From: an uncultured archaeon
GTDB taxonomy: Archaea; Iainarchaeota; Iainarchaeia; Iainarchaeales; VGJJ01
Direction of reading: 5' to 3'
DNA length: 64,000 bases
Assembly (NCBI GenBank): GCA_964557045.1
Contig: CAZKYB010000001.1
Span: 902-64,901, forward strand
Shown in pieces: positions 34,713 to 43,115 of this stretch. The position numbers were made by a program, and so were the translations under genes. Position 1 is the first letter of the stretch. Every line of letters begins with the position of its first letter. The notes under the pieces are model-generated. The model ran no database searches. It was not told where the DNA came from and saw only the letters and a list, made by a program, of their open reading frames with translations.

Positions 34713-36968
34713 TTATTTCCCTTCTTTTTCGGGATGCATCCAGGGTTCTTCCTCATCCTCGGGATCGAGGCCCTTTACCGGGGTCTTTTGGGAGGGATGA
34801 GAGACAAAAATGGCCGTTTGGACGGTCGTTTTAGGCTTGGTGACGTACCAGGCGCCCAATAGAATCAACAGGATGAGAATTCCGACCCACAAGCCGGAGG
34901 ATGCGATGGCCAGGGCCGTGGCGGAGAGGGGGTTCGAGGCGGCATTGAACAAGACGGTCTTTCCCGCGCTGGAATGGGGGCTTCCGTTGAAGTAGATGTG
35001 TCCCTGGAAGTCATGGGAGAGCACCTTGTTCGGGGTAATGAAGAAGGTGACGTCTTCGCTGGAGAACGGGGCCAAGTTCACGTTGGGATTTCCGGAAATT
35101 GTCCACGTGGTGGGAACATCCACCACGATTTCTCCTTCAACAGGTTGAGAGGTGGGATTGGTGACGGTAACATTTACTTCATAGGTGTTCTGCACGCTGG
35201 GAGAAGTGCTCACGTCGGATTCCACCACAATCGCAGTGGCGTTGTTCAGTTGCATCGTGTGCGTGACAATGTATCCGGCGCTCTTCAATTGGATGGTGAC
35301 GGAACTTTTTCCTTGCAAAATAGCAGTAGGCAGGAAGATCAGTGGATCGTCTAATCCTGGAATACTTGTCGTGTGGGAGTAGGATTGAGTCCCCGGCTTC
35401 GTGATCAGCGTGACCAGCACTTCTTGCGTGTACGCGCTTTTGTTTTTCACGTGTAATGCAAATTCTTTCGCGCCTCCGAGTGTGATGATGGCGGGCGCGT
35501 CAACGAATTGCACGGGTGCGTCTTGCAATCCGGAAAACAACACGGCGCTCTGCTGCGTGTACGCGGGGCATCCGGGGATTTCGGCCGAGAGTGTGAGGGT
35601 TTGATTCTCTTGCACGTCCGAGAGGAACAACGTTTGTGTTTTGGCGGTGTTCGCGGGCAAATGAACCACGTACGGGGAGACGCTTCCCTGGGTCATGGAG
35701 AATGTAATCGTCGCAGGATAGTTGGAGGGGTTGTTCAAGAACACCTCTTGCGTCGGAACACCCTTCAAAATAGTCACGTTGGGTAAATTCGAAAAGAATT
35801 CGCTGCATGTCGCGCCGTCCCCCCCTTCATAGTAGAAGGGAATCTTCTTCGTGGAGACGAAACACGTGCTTCCGCTCGAGAAGTGTCCTTTCATCGAGAG
35901 GAAGGCATTTCCATCGAAGGAGGTGGGGTATCCGTATCCCGTGGCGTTGAACGTAATCAAGTCCGATTCTCCGAATTTGACCTTGTCGGGAATGGACATG
36001 GTTTCAAATGAGACTTGGTAATTCTTGTCGGTAATCGTGAATTCATCCACGAAGAAATTCTGCGCGGAGTTGTTGGCGATGGTCAAGGATTCAGTGGTGG
36101 TCTGGTTTCCCGTGATGTAAACCGGTGACGTGTCTAGTGCGATGTCCGCACACACGGATGAATCCGTTCCTTGGTCTTCGACCGTGACTTCGAATTCAGC
36201 GCTGATGTCGCTGAAGGAGCAATCATCTCCCTCTTCGAATTCTCCGCGGATTTCAACGAACACCGTGTCGGTTTCGTCGTCATCTACGCTGTCGGATTCG
36301 ATTTCAATATCATACGTGCGGGAGCTGTTCGCGGGAATAATTTTTTCGAAATCCGAATCATCGAATTCCGGATCGAGTTGCGTGGAAAAATTAGGAGAGT
36401 CGTCAAACACATCGAAGTCTTGGATGGTGAAGTCTTCATCCGAGTCGTTCTCGACGGTGATGCTGTGTGTGATGGTGTCGTTCTCGGCGATGTCCACGTC
36501 GCTGGTGTTGGTGGTGATGAGGGCGCAGATGGTTTCTCCATCTTCAATGGTGACATCGATGTCGAATGTCAAAGCGCTGAATGAGCACTGCTTGTCATCG
36601 TCGTCGTTGAATTCTCCTTTGATTTTGATTTGGAAGTCATCCTCTTGGTCGGAGTTGACATCGTCCGTTTCGTATTCAATTTTGATTTTTCCATCGTCGT
36701 CCGAGTCAATCTCATCAGGGAAATCTTCTAATGAGAGGGAAAAATGCGGGGAGTTCTCTTCGAGGATCACATCGTCAATCTCGAAGGTGTCATCTCCATC
36801 GTTTTCGATCGTAAATGTGATGGACTTGCCCGATTGGTCTTCTTTGAATGTGACCTCGCTCGGGGTGACGTCAATATCGTTACACGAGTTGGCCGCGGCC
36901 ACGGTGAGGGGGAAAATTCCCAAAATGAGCAGTCCGATGGACAGGAGGGCCAAAATGGAGGGGCGCAT
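34713..36968 (-). CDS. large surface-anchored protein: signal peptide, three acidic Cys-containing ~115-aa repeats, beta-rich region, C-terminal TM anchor
   Basis: 751 aa. The signal peptide is MRPSILALLSIGLLILGIFPLTVAAA. The repeats share the pattern F.I.N.(G/S)D..F.I.DF....SP.FS....D...KI....S....IE......D....F.I.I.GEF...D...CSFS. The TM segment near the C-terminus is LWVGILILLILLGAWYV, followed by a short acidic tail. Confidence 0.65.
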   Translation of the reverse strand: MRPSILALLSIGLLILGIFPLTVAAANSCNDIDVTPSEVTFKEDQSGKSITFTIENDGDDTFEIDDVILEENSPHFSLSLEDFPDEIDSDDDGKIKIEYETDDVNSDQEDDFQIKIKGEFNDDDDKQCSFSALTFDIDVTIEDGETICALITTNTSDVDIAENDTITHSITVENDSDEDFTIQDFDVFDDSPNFSTQLDPEFDDSDFEKIIPANSSRTYDIEIESDSVDDDETDTVFVEIRGEFEEGDDCSFSDISAEFEVTVEDQGTDSSVCADIALDTSPVYITGNQTTTESLTIANNSAQNFFVDEFTITDKNYQVSFETMSIPDKVKFGESDLITFNATGYGYPTSFDGNAFLSMKGHFSSGSTCFVSTKKIPFYYEGGDGATCSEFFSNLPNVTILKGVPTQEVFLNNPSNYPATITFSMTQGSVSPYVVHLPANTAKTQTLFLSDVQENQTLTLSAEIPGCPAYTQQSAVLFSGLQDAPVQFVDAPAIITLGGAKEFALHVKNKSAYTQEVLVTLITKPGTQSYSHTTSIPGLDDPLIFLPTAILQGKSSVTIQLKSAGYIVTHTMQLNNATAIVVESDVSTSPSVQNTYEVNVTVTNPTSQPVEGEIVVDVPTTWTISGNPNVNLAPFSSEDVTFFITPNKVLSHDFQGHIYFNGSPHSSAGKTVLFNAASNPLSATALAIASSGLWVGILILLILLGAWYVTKPKTTVQTAIFVSHPSQKTPVKGLDPEDEEEPWMHPEKEGK

Positions 36969-36990
36969 GAAGGATATAGGCCCCTTAGAC

Positions 36991-37000
36991 CTTTAAAAGG
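36991..37000 (-). promoter_or_regulatory. TATA box for the surface-protein gene
   Basis: Palindromic CCTTTTAAAG (minus strand) lies 23-32 nt upstream of ATG 36968. Confidence 0.4.
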
Positions 37001-37023
37001 CATTACTTTAGCACGTTAATGAG

Positions 37024-38631
37024 TTAATTTTGGGAAGGGTGGGGGCCTTCTTCCATCATTTTCTTCAATCGTCGTAAAATCTCCTTTTTGGGGTCTTCTC
37101 CCGAGACTACAGGGGGATCCACCCTTAATTTTTGGGTCTGGGTTTCCAAGTGGGCTCTCAGTGCCGCTGGGTCCCCCTGGTCGAGCTCCTCATCGTGGGT
37201 CTGGGCATGTTCCTTTTCTTTGCGTTCCAAATAGGCCAGGTCCGACTCAGATAGGCCTTCGACTTCCTCGAAGGGGAGTCGATCAATAGCTTCTTCCTCG
37301 CTAATCTCCTCGCTCAGGGCTGCATCGTGGGAAGGAGGAGCAGTATCAGGGGATGGAGTATTCGGTTTGGTCGCGCGAGTCAGTTCATCTACACGCACCT
37401 CTCCGGATCCGTGACGGGCAAACGCAACGGGCTCTTCGGAGGTGGGTGAGTCCTTACGCGCGACTGGAGGCAATGGTTTTTCCTCCGTGGACGTAGAAAT
37501 GGGCATGAGGCGTGCGGGGGCAAAGTCTTCTCCGGCTTCTTTGGGCAGTACACCCGTAACCCATGGTTTTCCTCGCATACTAGATGCCGAAGGCGCGACG
37601 AACTCCGGGTTGCGCGGCGCAGAAGGGTTTGTTTCAGTGGGGGGATTATTTTTTTTAGGAGAGGCGGGCGGGGCAATCTCAAGTTGTGCAGGAGTTGAGA
37701 TTGGCATCATTTGTTTTTGTTTCGATGGAAGAGCGGGAGTGATTCCGGGCTTAGGTACCGTTCGCGTCACCCATGGAGGGGCATACCCAGCGCGCGCGGG
37801 AGAGGCCGGTGGTACCGACTCCGCGCGGACGGGCGAGGAAGGATTCATCGAAGGGGCAGTGGGTGGGGTGGGAGGAGCACGCACGGAGGAAATGGGATCA
37901 AATACTTTAGTGGAGGGAGATGTGGGCCCTTTTGACGTGAGGGGTGGGATTTCCTGATAGGGTTTGGGTGGTGTTGCGGCAATGGATGAATAGGATGGAA
38001 ATGCCGATGTTCGTGCGACCGGCGCGGGTGCAGAAGTCGTTGCATTCGATGCCGAAGTGCGAATGATGGGCGGAGAGACAGGAGTGGGGATGCGGGTAGG
38101 CGCACTCAGGGGGGGAGCGGAAGTCGCAGGGGCGGGTGCAGAATCGGATGTCTTTGGCTTGTTCCAGAATCCCCACGCGCTACTCGTGGATGATTTAGTA
38201 GGAATGGGAACGGGAGTGGGGGTGCGCACAATTGGTGCCGTTCGTGGTGGAAGAGACACCGAAGGTTTCGCGGCGCTCGCCCACACATTCGATTCAGGGT
38301 AGCGCGGAATGGGCGGTAAGGGTCGCGGTGGAGAAGGGGCCGCAGTGCGAACACTCGTGGGGAGTGGAGAGGGATTGGGTTTCGTTGTGCGCTCCTGCAT
38401 AATCTCATCCAATTGTTTGCGCACGGCAGATTGTGCAACGGGGGATGCGTACGTGGGTTGCATACTCTGCAAGGGGACTTTGGGTTTGGCTTTTTCTCCA
38501 AAGAGAGCGTTGCTCATTCGTTTGACGAACGAAGGGGTCAAGTCCTGTCGGGGGAGTTCTCCCAACTCTTGCTTCTTGCGTCGCGCCTTCAGATACTCGT
38601 TAATCTCGTCGACTTCTTCCGGGAGGGGCAT
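37024..38631 (-). CDS. proline/serine/threonine/alanine-rich protein, probably intrinsically disordered, with structured charged termini
   Basis: 535-aa ORF with no signal peptide and no TM segment. The centre is low-complexity with PxxP-dense stretches (PSPPRPLPPIPRYP, RAPPTPPTAPS). The N- and C-termini are helical and charged. It has its own TATA box. Low-complexity GC-rich DNA keeps other frames open, so coding status is less certain than usual. Confidence 0.5.
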   Translation of the reverse strand: MPLPEEVDEINEYLKARRKKQELGELPRQDLTPSFVKRMSNALFGEKAKPKVPLQSMQPTYASPVAQSAVRKQLDEIMQERTTKPNPSPLPTSVRTAAPSPPRPLPPIPRYPESNVWASAAKPSVSLPPRTAPIVRTPTPVPIPTKSSTSSAWGFWNKPKTSDSAPAPATSAPPLSAPTRIPTPVSPPIIRTSASNATTSAPAPVARTSAFPSYSSIAATPPKPYQEIPPLTSKGPTSPSTKVFDPISSVRAPPTPPTAPSMNPSSPVRAESVPPASPARAGYAPPWVTRTVPKPGITPALPSKQKQMMPISTPAQLEIAPPASPKKNNPPTETNPSAPRNPEFVAPSASSMRGKPWVTGVLPKEAGEDFAPARLMPISTSTEEKPLPPVARKDSPTSEEPVAFARHGSGEVRVDELTRATKPNTPSPDTAPPSHDAALSEEISEEEAIDRLPFEEVEGLSESDLAYLERKEKEHAQTHDEELDQGDPAALRAHLETQTQKLRVDPPVVSGEDPKKEILRRLKKMMEEGPHPSQN

Positions 38632-38653
38632 AGGGGCAGGAAATCGTTTTTGA

Positions 38654-38662
38654 GAATAAAAA
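38654..38662 (-). promoter_or_regulatory. TATA box for the Pro-rich gene
   Basis: Minus-strand TTTTTATTC lies 23-31 nt upstream of ATG 38631. Confidence 0.4.
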
Positions 38663-38702
38663 CCCGCTCACGGATGGGTGATGATAACAGAAATGGGTGT
38701 AG

Positions 38703-38737
38703 AAAAAAAGAGGAAGGGGGACGTGAGACGTCCCTCC
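38703..38737 (-). terminator. hairpin plus T7 tract downstream of the 38744 gene
   Basis: Stem 38716-38724 pairs with 38728-38736 (GGGGGACGT / ACGTCCCTC, one G-T) around a GAG loop. On the minus strand it is followed by TTTTTTT (38703-38709). It lies 7 nt after the stop codon. Confidence 0.5.
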
Positions 38738-38743
38738 TTTCAT

Positions 38744-39088
38744 TTATCGGCTCGAGGCCATGTTCCACACGGCTTTGATTCCGACGATGATGGCGGCAGG
38801 CGCCATCAAGCTGGCGATGTTCCCAAAGATGGCTCCCAAGGGGGCTCCGACCGTAGGGATCAAGGCCCAGTTGACGCCCGAGGCGGCCAACAAGGCAACA
38901 ACGGCGACCAAGAAGTTCGTGATTTCTTTGTCGCTGATGTTCAAGAGTCCGATTAAGACTCCCAAAATGACCATGATCAAGGGAATCCAAGTGGCAACCG
39001 GTCCGAAGACGCCGCTGCCCAAGAGTCCGACGATGATGGCGATAACCACACCTAAAATAAATGCCCAACTACCAATTTTTTGTTCCAT
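38744..39088 (-). CDS. small polytopic membrane protein (Gly/Ala/Ile-rich, about 4 TM segments)
   Basis: I chose the start at ATG 39088 (MEQKIGSWAFILGVVIAIIVG) because a GGAGGTG SD lies 8 nt upstream. The ORF-track start is 27 nt further up. Confidence 0.6.
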   Translation of the reverse strand: MEQKIGSWAFILGVVIAIIVGLLGSGVFGPVATWIPLIMVILGVLIGLLNISDKEITNFLVAVVALLAASGVNWALIPTVGAPLGAIFGNIASLMAPAAIIVGIKAVWNMASSR

Positions 39089-39268
39089 TTGGGTACACCT
39101 CCTCGTATACACCAATGATTGACGAACATGCGCCCGTCAATCAATTCTATTCTACTCACTCCTGAAATGAATCGTTTATATTCAATGCCGGAGACAAACG
39201 GACGAATTACGTGTATGGACGTAAAAAATAGGGATAACTGAAATAAAGGAAAACTAGCTCAATTGGTC

Positions 39269-39733
39269 ATGCCCCTGCACAATACGAGTCGGTTCATGAA
39301 ACGATTCACCCTTTCTCAGCGTAACGGATCATTGGATGGATTAAGAAAAGCCGCGAGAAGTAAATCGCTTACCCTCAAGCAGGCTGGAAACCTGTTCGAT
39401 CGGGAAATTCTGCGTATACGGGACCCGCTGCGATCTCAAAAAATGGACCAAATCTTGTATCAGGAACGACTCCATAGTGCAGTCATTTCAGCCGCTATGG
39501 CAAATACCGGATTCGGAACATACTTCCGTGGACGGGAATTCCTCCGACTCAAAAAATTGGGAGTGGCGGTATTGAACGGAGATAAGGGAGCCTATCACCA
39601 ATTTGTTGAAACTCTCGCAGGAAAAATTAGGAGCACTAAGAAAGAGAATGCGCTGATTACTGCCCTCTCAGCAGAAATTATAGCAATCCAAAAACAAATA
39701 GAAACGTATAATCAAAATGAAAAGAAAAAATAG
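39269..39733 (+). CDS. hypothetical basic protein (orphan)
   Basis: ATG 39269 follows a TATA-like AAATAAAG at 39241-39248. The ORF-track start at 39263 is a TTG. 154 aa with a K-rich C-terminus and no recognised motif. It looks more AT-rich than its neighbours by eye. Confidence 0.45.
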   Translation: MPLHNTSRFMKRFTLSQRNGSLDGLRKAARSKSLTLKQAGNLFDREILRIRDPLRSQKMDQILYQERLHSAVISAAMANTGFGTYFRGREFLRLKKLGVAVLNGDKGAYHQFVETLAGKIRSTKKENALITALSAEIIAIQKQIETYNQNEKKK

Positions 39734-39793
39734 AAATACACAATGAAGAGATTTCACTATTTCGCGTTTTCCAATCGACCTTTTAGAAACCAA

Positions 39794-39834
39794 GCAAACA
39801 ATTGTTTGCGGGCATCGTAATCTCGTTTACGATG
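39794..39834. other. two adjacent perfect palindromes in a convergent intergenic spacer
   Basis: GCAAACAATTGTTTGC (39794-39809) is a 16-bp perfect palindrome. CATCGTAA-tctcgt-TTACGATG (39813-39834) is an 8-bp stem with a 6-nt loop. Confidence 0.5.
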
Positions 39835-39849
39835 TAGATTGACCAAAAA

Positions 39850-40164
39850 CTACTTGGCGTCTTTGAGTTCGATTTCGATGTGAACATCCTCAGGGACGTC
39901 CACGCGCATGACCCTGCGAAGCGTGCGTTCATCGGCTTGGATGTCGATCATTCGCTTGTGGATGCGCATCTGCCATCGCTCATACGTTTCGGTTCCGCCT
40001 CCACAAGGAGACTTTCGCGTCGGGATGAGTAATTTCTTCGTGGGAAGGGGGATGATTCCGGTGTGCTTGACTCCGGTTCGATCCGCCACGTCCACGATTT
40101 TGGAGCAAATGTCCGTAATGGTCTCATAGGAAGGAGACGTTAGTTTGATTCTGGCTTTCTGCAT
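39850..40164 (-). CDS. rps10: 30S ribosomal protein uS10
   Basis: ARIKLTSPSYETITDICSKIVDVADRTGVKHTGIIPLPTKKL...HKRMIDI. Confidence 0.95.
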   Translation of the reverse strand: MQKARIKLTSPSYETITDICSKIVDVADRTGVKHTGIIPLPTKKLLIPTRKSPCGGGTETYERWQMRIHKRMIDIQADERTLRRVMRVDVPEDVHIEIELKDAK

Positions 40165-40196
40165 GTTTCATTCCCCCGTTTTCCTTCCTCGTACCT

Positions 40197-41465
40197 TTAC
40201 TCGCGCGGAGTGACCTTCAAGACCACTCCCGCAGCGACTGTCTGTCCCATGTCTCGGATCGCGAATCGTCCGAGAGAGGGGAAGGCTTTGAATTCCTCAA
40301 CAACCAAAGGCTTCTGCGGCGTGATCTTCACGATCGCAACGTCTCCGGTCTTCAAGAACTTCGGATTTTCTTCCGCGACTTGTCCCGTCTTCGGGTCCAT
40401 CTTCTTCTGCAGCTCAGACAAGGTACAGCTCATCTGGGCCGTGTGCAAGTGGAACACCGGCGTGTATCCCACAGGGATGGCCGTGGGGTGGTTCAGGATC
40501 ACAATTTGAGCCTGGAAGTCCTTAGCGACGGTAGGGGCATTCTGAGGGTGTCCGATGACATCTCCTCGGTTGATGTCCTTTCGTTCCAATCCGCGAACGT
40601 TGAATCCGATGTTGTCTCCCGGCAGGGCCTGGGGCAACTGTTCGTGGTGGGCTTCCAAAGACTTGATTTCTCCCGTGGCCTTGGAGGGCATCACGATGAT
40701 CTTGTCGTTGGGCTTGATGATTCCCGTTTCCACTCGTCCAACAGGGACGGTTCCCACTCCCTTGATGGAGTAGACGTCCTGAATCGGCAAGCGCAGGGCT
40801 TTGTCGGTGGGCAAGTTGGGGGCTTTCAATCCGTCCAATCGCTCGAGCAACGTGGGTCCCTTATACCAGGGCATGTGCTCGGACTTCTTGGCGACGTTGT
40901 CTCCCATCCAGGCAGACACAGGGACAACCACAAATTGATCGTCCTTGAATCCGGCCATCTTGACGAGCTTGGTGGCTTCTTCCTTCACTTTGTTGAAGGC
41001 CTCTTCCTTGTATTCCATTTCGTCCATCTTGTTGATCGCAACGGTCAACTGTCGGATTCCCATCACGTTCGCGAGGAAGGCGTGTTCCTTCGTCTGCATC
41101 TGGGGTCCGTCCTTACAGGAGATGACCAAAACGGCGGCGTCGGCTTGCGACGTTCCCGTAATCATGTTCTTGACAAAGTCCCGGTGTCCGGGGGCGTCAA
41201 TAATGGTGAAGTTGTTGGTCTTTCCGGAGAACTTCTTGTAGGAGACATCAATCGTGACTCCGCGTTCTCGTTCTTCCTTCAGGTTGTCCATGACGTACGC
41301 AAAGGCAAAGGATCCTTTACCTCGGGATTCCGCTTCGTCCTTAATCTTTCGGTACTCGTTTTCGGCCAATGCGCCTGAGTCGTACAAGAATCGTCCGACA
41401 AGAGTACTCTTACCGTGGTCGACGTGACCAATGAAAATCAAATTGATATGGGGCTTTTCGGCCAT
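40197..41465 (-). CDS. tuf: translation elongation factor 1-alpha (aEF-1A)
   Basis: I chose the start at ATG 41465 ([21 protein letters not shown]) with a GGAGG SD upstream. The 51-codon upstream extension in the ORF track was discarded. DAPGHRDF and NKMD motifs are present. Confidence 0.95.
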   Translation of the reverse strand: MAEKPHINLIFIGHVDHGKSTLVGRFLYDSGALAENEYRKIKDEAESRGKGSFAFAYVMDNLKEERERGVTIDVSYKKFSGKTNNFTIIDAPGHRDFVKNMITGTSQADAAVLVISCKDGPQMQTKEHAFLANVMGIRQLTVAINKMDEMEYKEEAFNKVKEEATKLVKMAGFKDDQFVVVPVSAWMGDNVAKKSEHMPWYKGPTLLERLDGLKAPNLPTDKALRLPIQDVYSIKGVGTVPVGRVETGIIKPNDKIIVMPSKATGEIKSLEAHHEQLPQALPGDNIGFNVRGLERKDINRGDVIGHPQNAPTVAKDFQAQIVILNHPTAIPVGYTPVFHLHTAQMSCTLSELQKKMDPKTGQVAEENPKFLKTGDVAIVKITPQKPLVVEEFKAFPSLGRFAIRDMGQTVAAGVVLKVTPRE

Positions 41466-41625
41466 ATGTTTTTTCCTCCAAATCCTTTTTTGTTGGTTGT
41501 TAACCAGCACTAAAGGGGAATAGCCACCCTTTCCGGCGCGGTATAAAGCAAAAACCCCTGGGGAACGTTTAAATAGAAATGCCTTCGATACGACGATTTT
41601 ACAGTGTAAACCGACCATTCGGTAA

Positions 41626-41635
41626 CATTATATTG
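41626..41635 (+). promoter_or_regulatory. TATA box for the 41656 gene
   Basis: CATTATATTG lies 21-30 nt upstream of ATG 41656. Confidence 0.4.
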
Positions 41636-41655
41636 AACTTCCCGCATACAACGTC

Positions 41656-42198
41656 ATGTCTTCCCCCACCTCTCCCGAAGAGGTTCGTAAGCTATTATTG
41701 AAAAATGCCCAAAAACGAGTGGAAGAGGCAGCGAAGCGACACTTCTCTTCGATGACCACTCCAGAGGCCGCCGCGTTTGGAAAGAGGCAACTGGTTGAAT
41801 TGGAAAAAAGGGATCCCGATTATTTTGAAAAAATAAAAAAAAGCTACTTTTATTATTTTGGAGAGGCACAAACCAGAGATCGAAACTATAGTATAGTAGG
41901 GAAAATGGCATACGCACGGCTGCTTTTATTGGCCCGCCAAAGGCATGCCATCGATATGCGCTCAGCGTATTCCTTCCGAAAGCGTAAACCTCGAACCGAT
42001 AAACTCTTACTATCGGGAGTGGGACGAACTGAAGATTGGGTGAAGGAAAAATCCAGGAATGCCAAACTATTGAATGAACGAGTACAATCGGACCCCCTAT
42101 TTGCTAGGAAAATGAGAAAATTGAAAGAACATTCTGACATCACTTTAGAACGGTTCACCAGACAGAGACGATTCCATCGATCAAGGACAGGGATATAA
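41656..42198 (+). CDS. hypothetical basic helical protein (orphan)
   Basis: 180 aa, K/R-rich, with no TM segment and no recognised motif. It is AT-rich by eye and sits on the strand opposite to the flanking translation genes. Confidence 0.45.
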   Translation: MSSPTSPEEVRKLLLKNAQKRVEEAAKRHFSSMTTPEAAAFGKRQLVELEKRDPDYFEKIKKSYFYYFGEAQTRDRNYSIVGKMAYARLLLLARQRHAIDMRSAYSFRKRKPRTDKLLLSGVGRTEDWVKEKSRNAKLLNERVQSDPLFARKMRKLKEHSDITLERFTRQRRFHRSRTGI

Positions 42199-43065
42199 TC
42201 AAACCAGAAATGCGAGCCCAACACTCGCGCCTAGTGCGAGCAAAGCTCCCAATAGTTGATGCCCCTTCATGTGCTCGTGATTGAAGTGTATCCCTAGCAG
42301 TAGGGCCACGGCAGGATAACTCTCCGTGATGGCAATACTCAAGGAGAGGGATTGGTGAAAGGTGGCCACCGCAAAGGAGGCCCATGCCAGCGTGTCCACG
42401 AATCCCGTCACGGCGATCAATTGGGGATACTTCCGGACGTTTCTCCAAAATACTTTGAACTTTCCCTCTTTCCACACGATGAGAATGGAGATAAGTGTGA
42501 ATACCATCCAGGGACCCCATATTGCAAGTAAGGGAGTGATGCTCTTGGCAGCCGAGGCCGTGAGAAAGTTCACCATTCCCATCAACAAGGCCGCCATGAG
42601 TGCGACGAGAACCCCTTTCTCCATCCAATGTTCTTTCTTGAAGGATAAGGTGCCCGTGGCCACCAACAAGATGCCAAGGAATATCACGCTCATGAGGATG
42701 ATTTGTTCGATGCCCAGTATTTCCTGGAAAAATAACAATCCCAACACAACGGTCACGGGCAGTTCAAACTCCAAGATGAATTCTACCACGGAGAGTTTGC
42801 CAACTTTGTAGGCGTAAAAATTTAGTATGGCCGCGATAAAGGTGACGATTCCCAATCCAAGCAAGAGGGAAATATTTTCAGGGAGAAATAGTTGCTGCAA
42901 ATCATTCCACACAAACGGAAGGAGTCCGATTCCTCCCACGATACCAATGATCATGAGTGTTTCCACCACTCCAATTTTTCGTACGCAGCGTTGAATCAGA
43001 AAGTCTCCAATTCCCCAGCTCACCATCGCGAGGAACGCGGCCAACACCCCAATACTTATGTCCAT
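42199..43065 (-). CDS. EamA/DMT-superfamily transporter
   Basis: 288 aa, 10 TM segments arranged as two 5-TM halves. The pattern VSWGIGDFLIQ... is typical of the EamA repeat. Confidence 0.75.
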   Translation of the reverse strand: MDISIGVLAAFLAMVSWGIGDFLIQRCVRKIGVVETLMIIGIVGGIGLLPFVWNDLQQLFLPENISLLLGLGIVTFIAAILNFYAYKVGKLSVVEFILEFELPVTVVLGLLFFQEILGIEQIILMSVIFLGILLVATGTLSFKKEHWMEKGVLVALMAALLMGMVNFLTASAAKSITPLLAIWGPWMVFTLISILIVWKEGKFKVFWRNVRKYPQLIAVTGFVDTLAWASFAVATFHQSLSLSIAITESYPAVALLLGIHFNHEHMKGHQLLGALLALGASVGLAFLV

Positions 43066-43115
43066 GGCGTTGCCTGGGAAAGGATGAATAAAAGACGGCA
43101 GGAAAAATCCAGCCG

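Noticed and set aside
36130-36996. 288-aa Ser-rich plus-strand ORF
   Set aside because: It is the antisense reading of the Asp/Glu-rich surface-protein gene (GAN/GAR codons read as Ser/Ile/Phe on the other strand). The minus-strand ORF has a signal peptide, repeats and a TM anchor.
38589-39068. 159-aa minus-strand ORF
   Set aside because: It is an alternative frame of the 38744-39088 membrane-protein gene and of the promoter and terminator spacer. Its product is Arg/His-rich and has no features.
40380-41378. 332-aa plus-strand ORF
   Set aside because: It is antisense to tuf (EF-1 alpha), which is certain.
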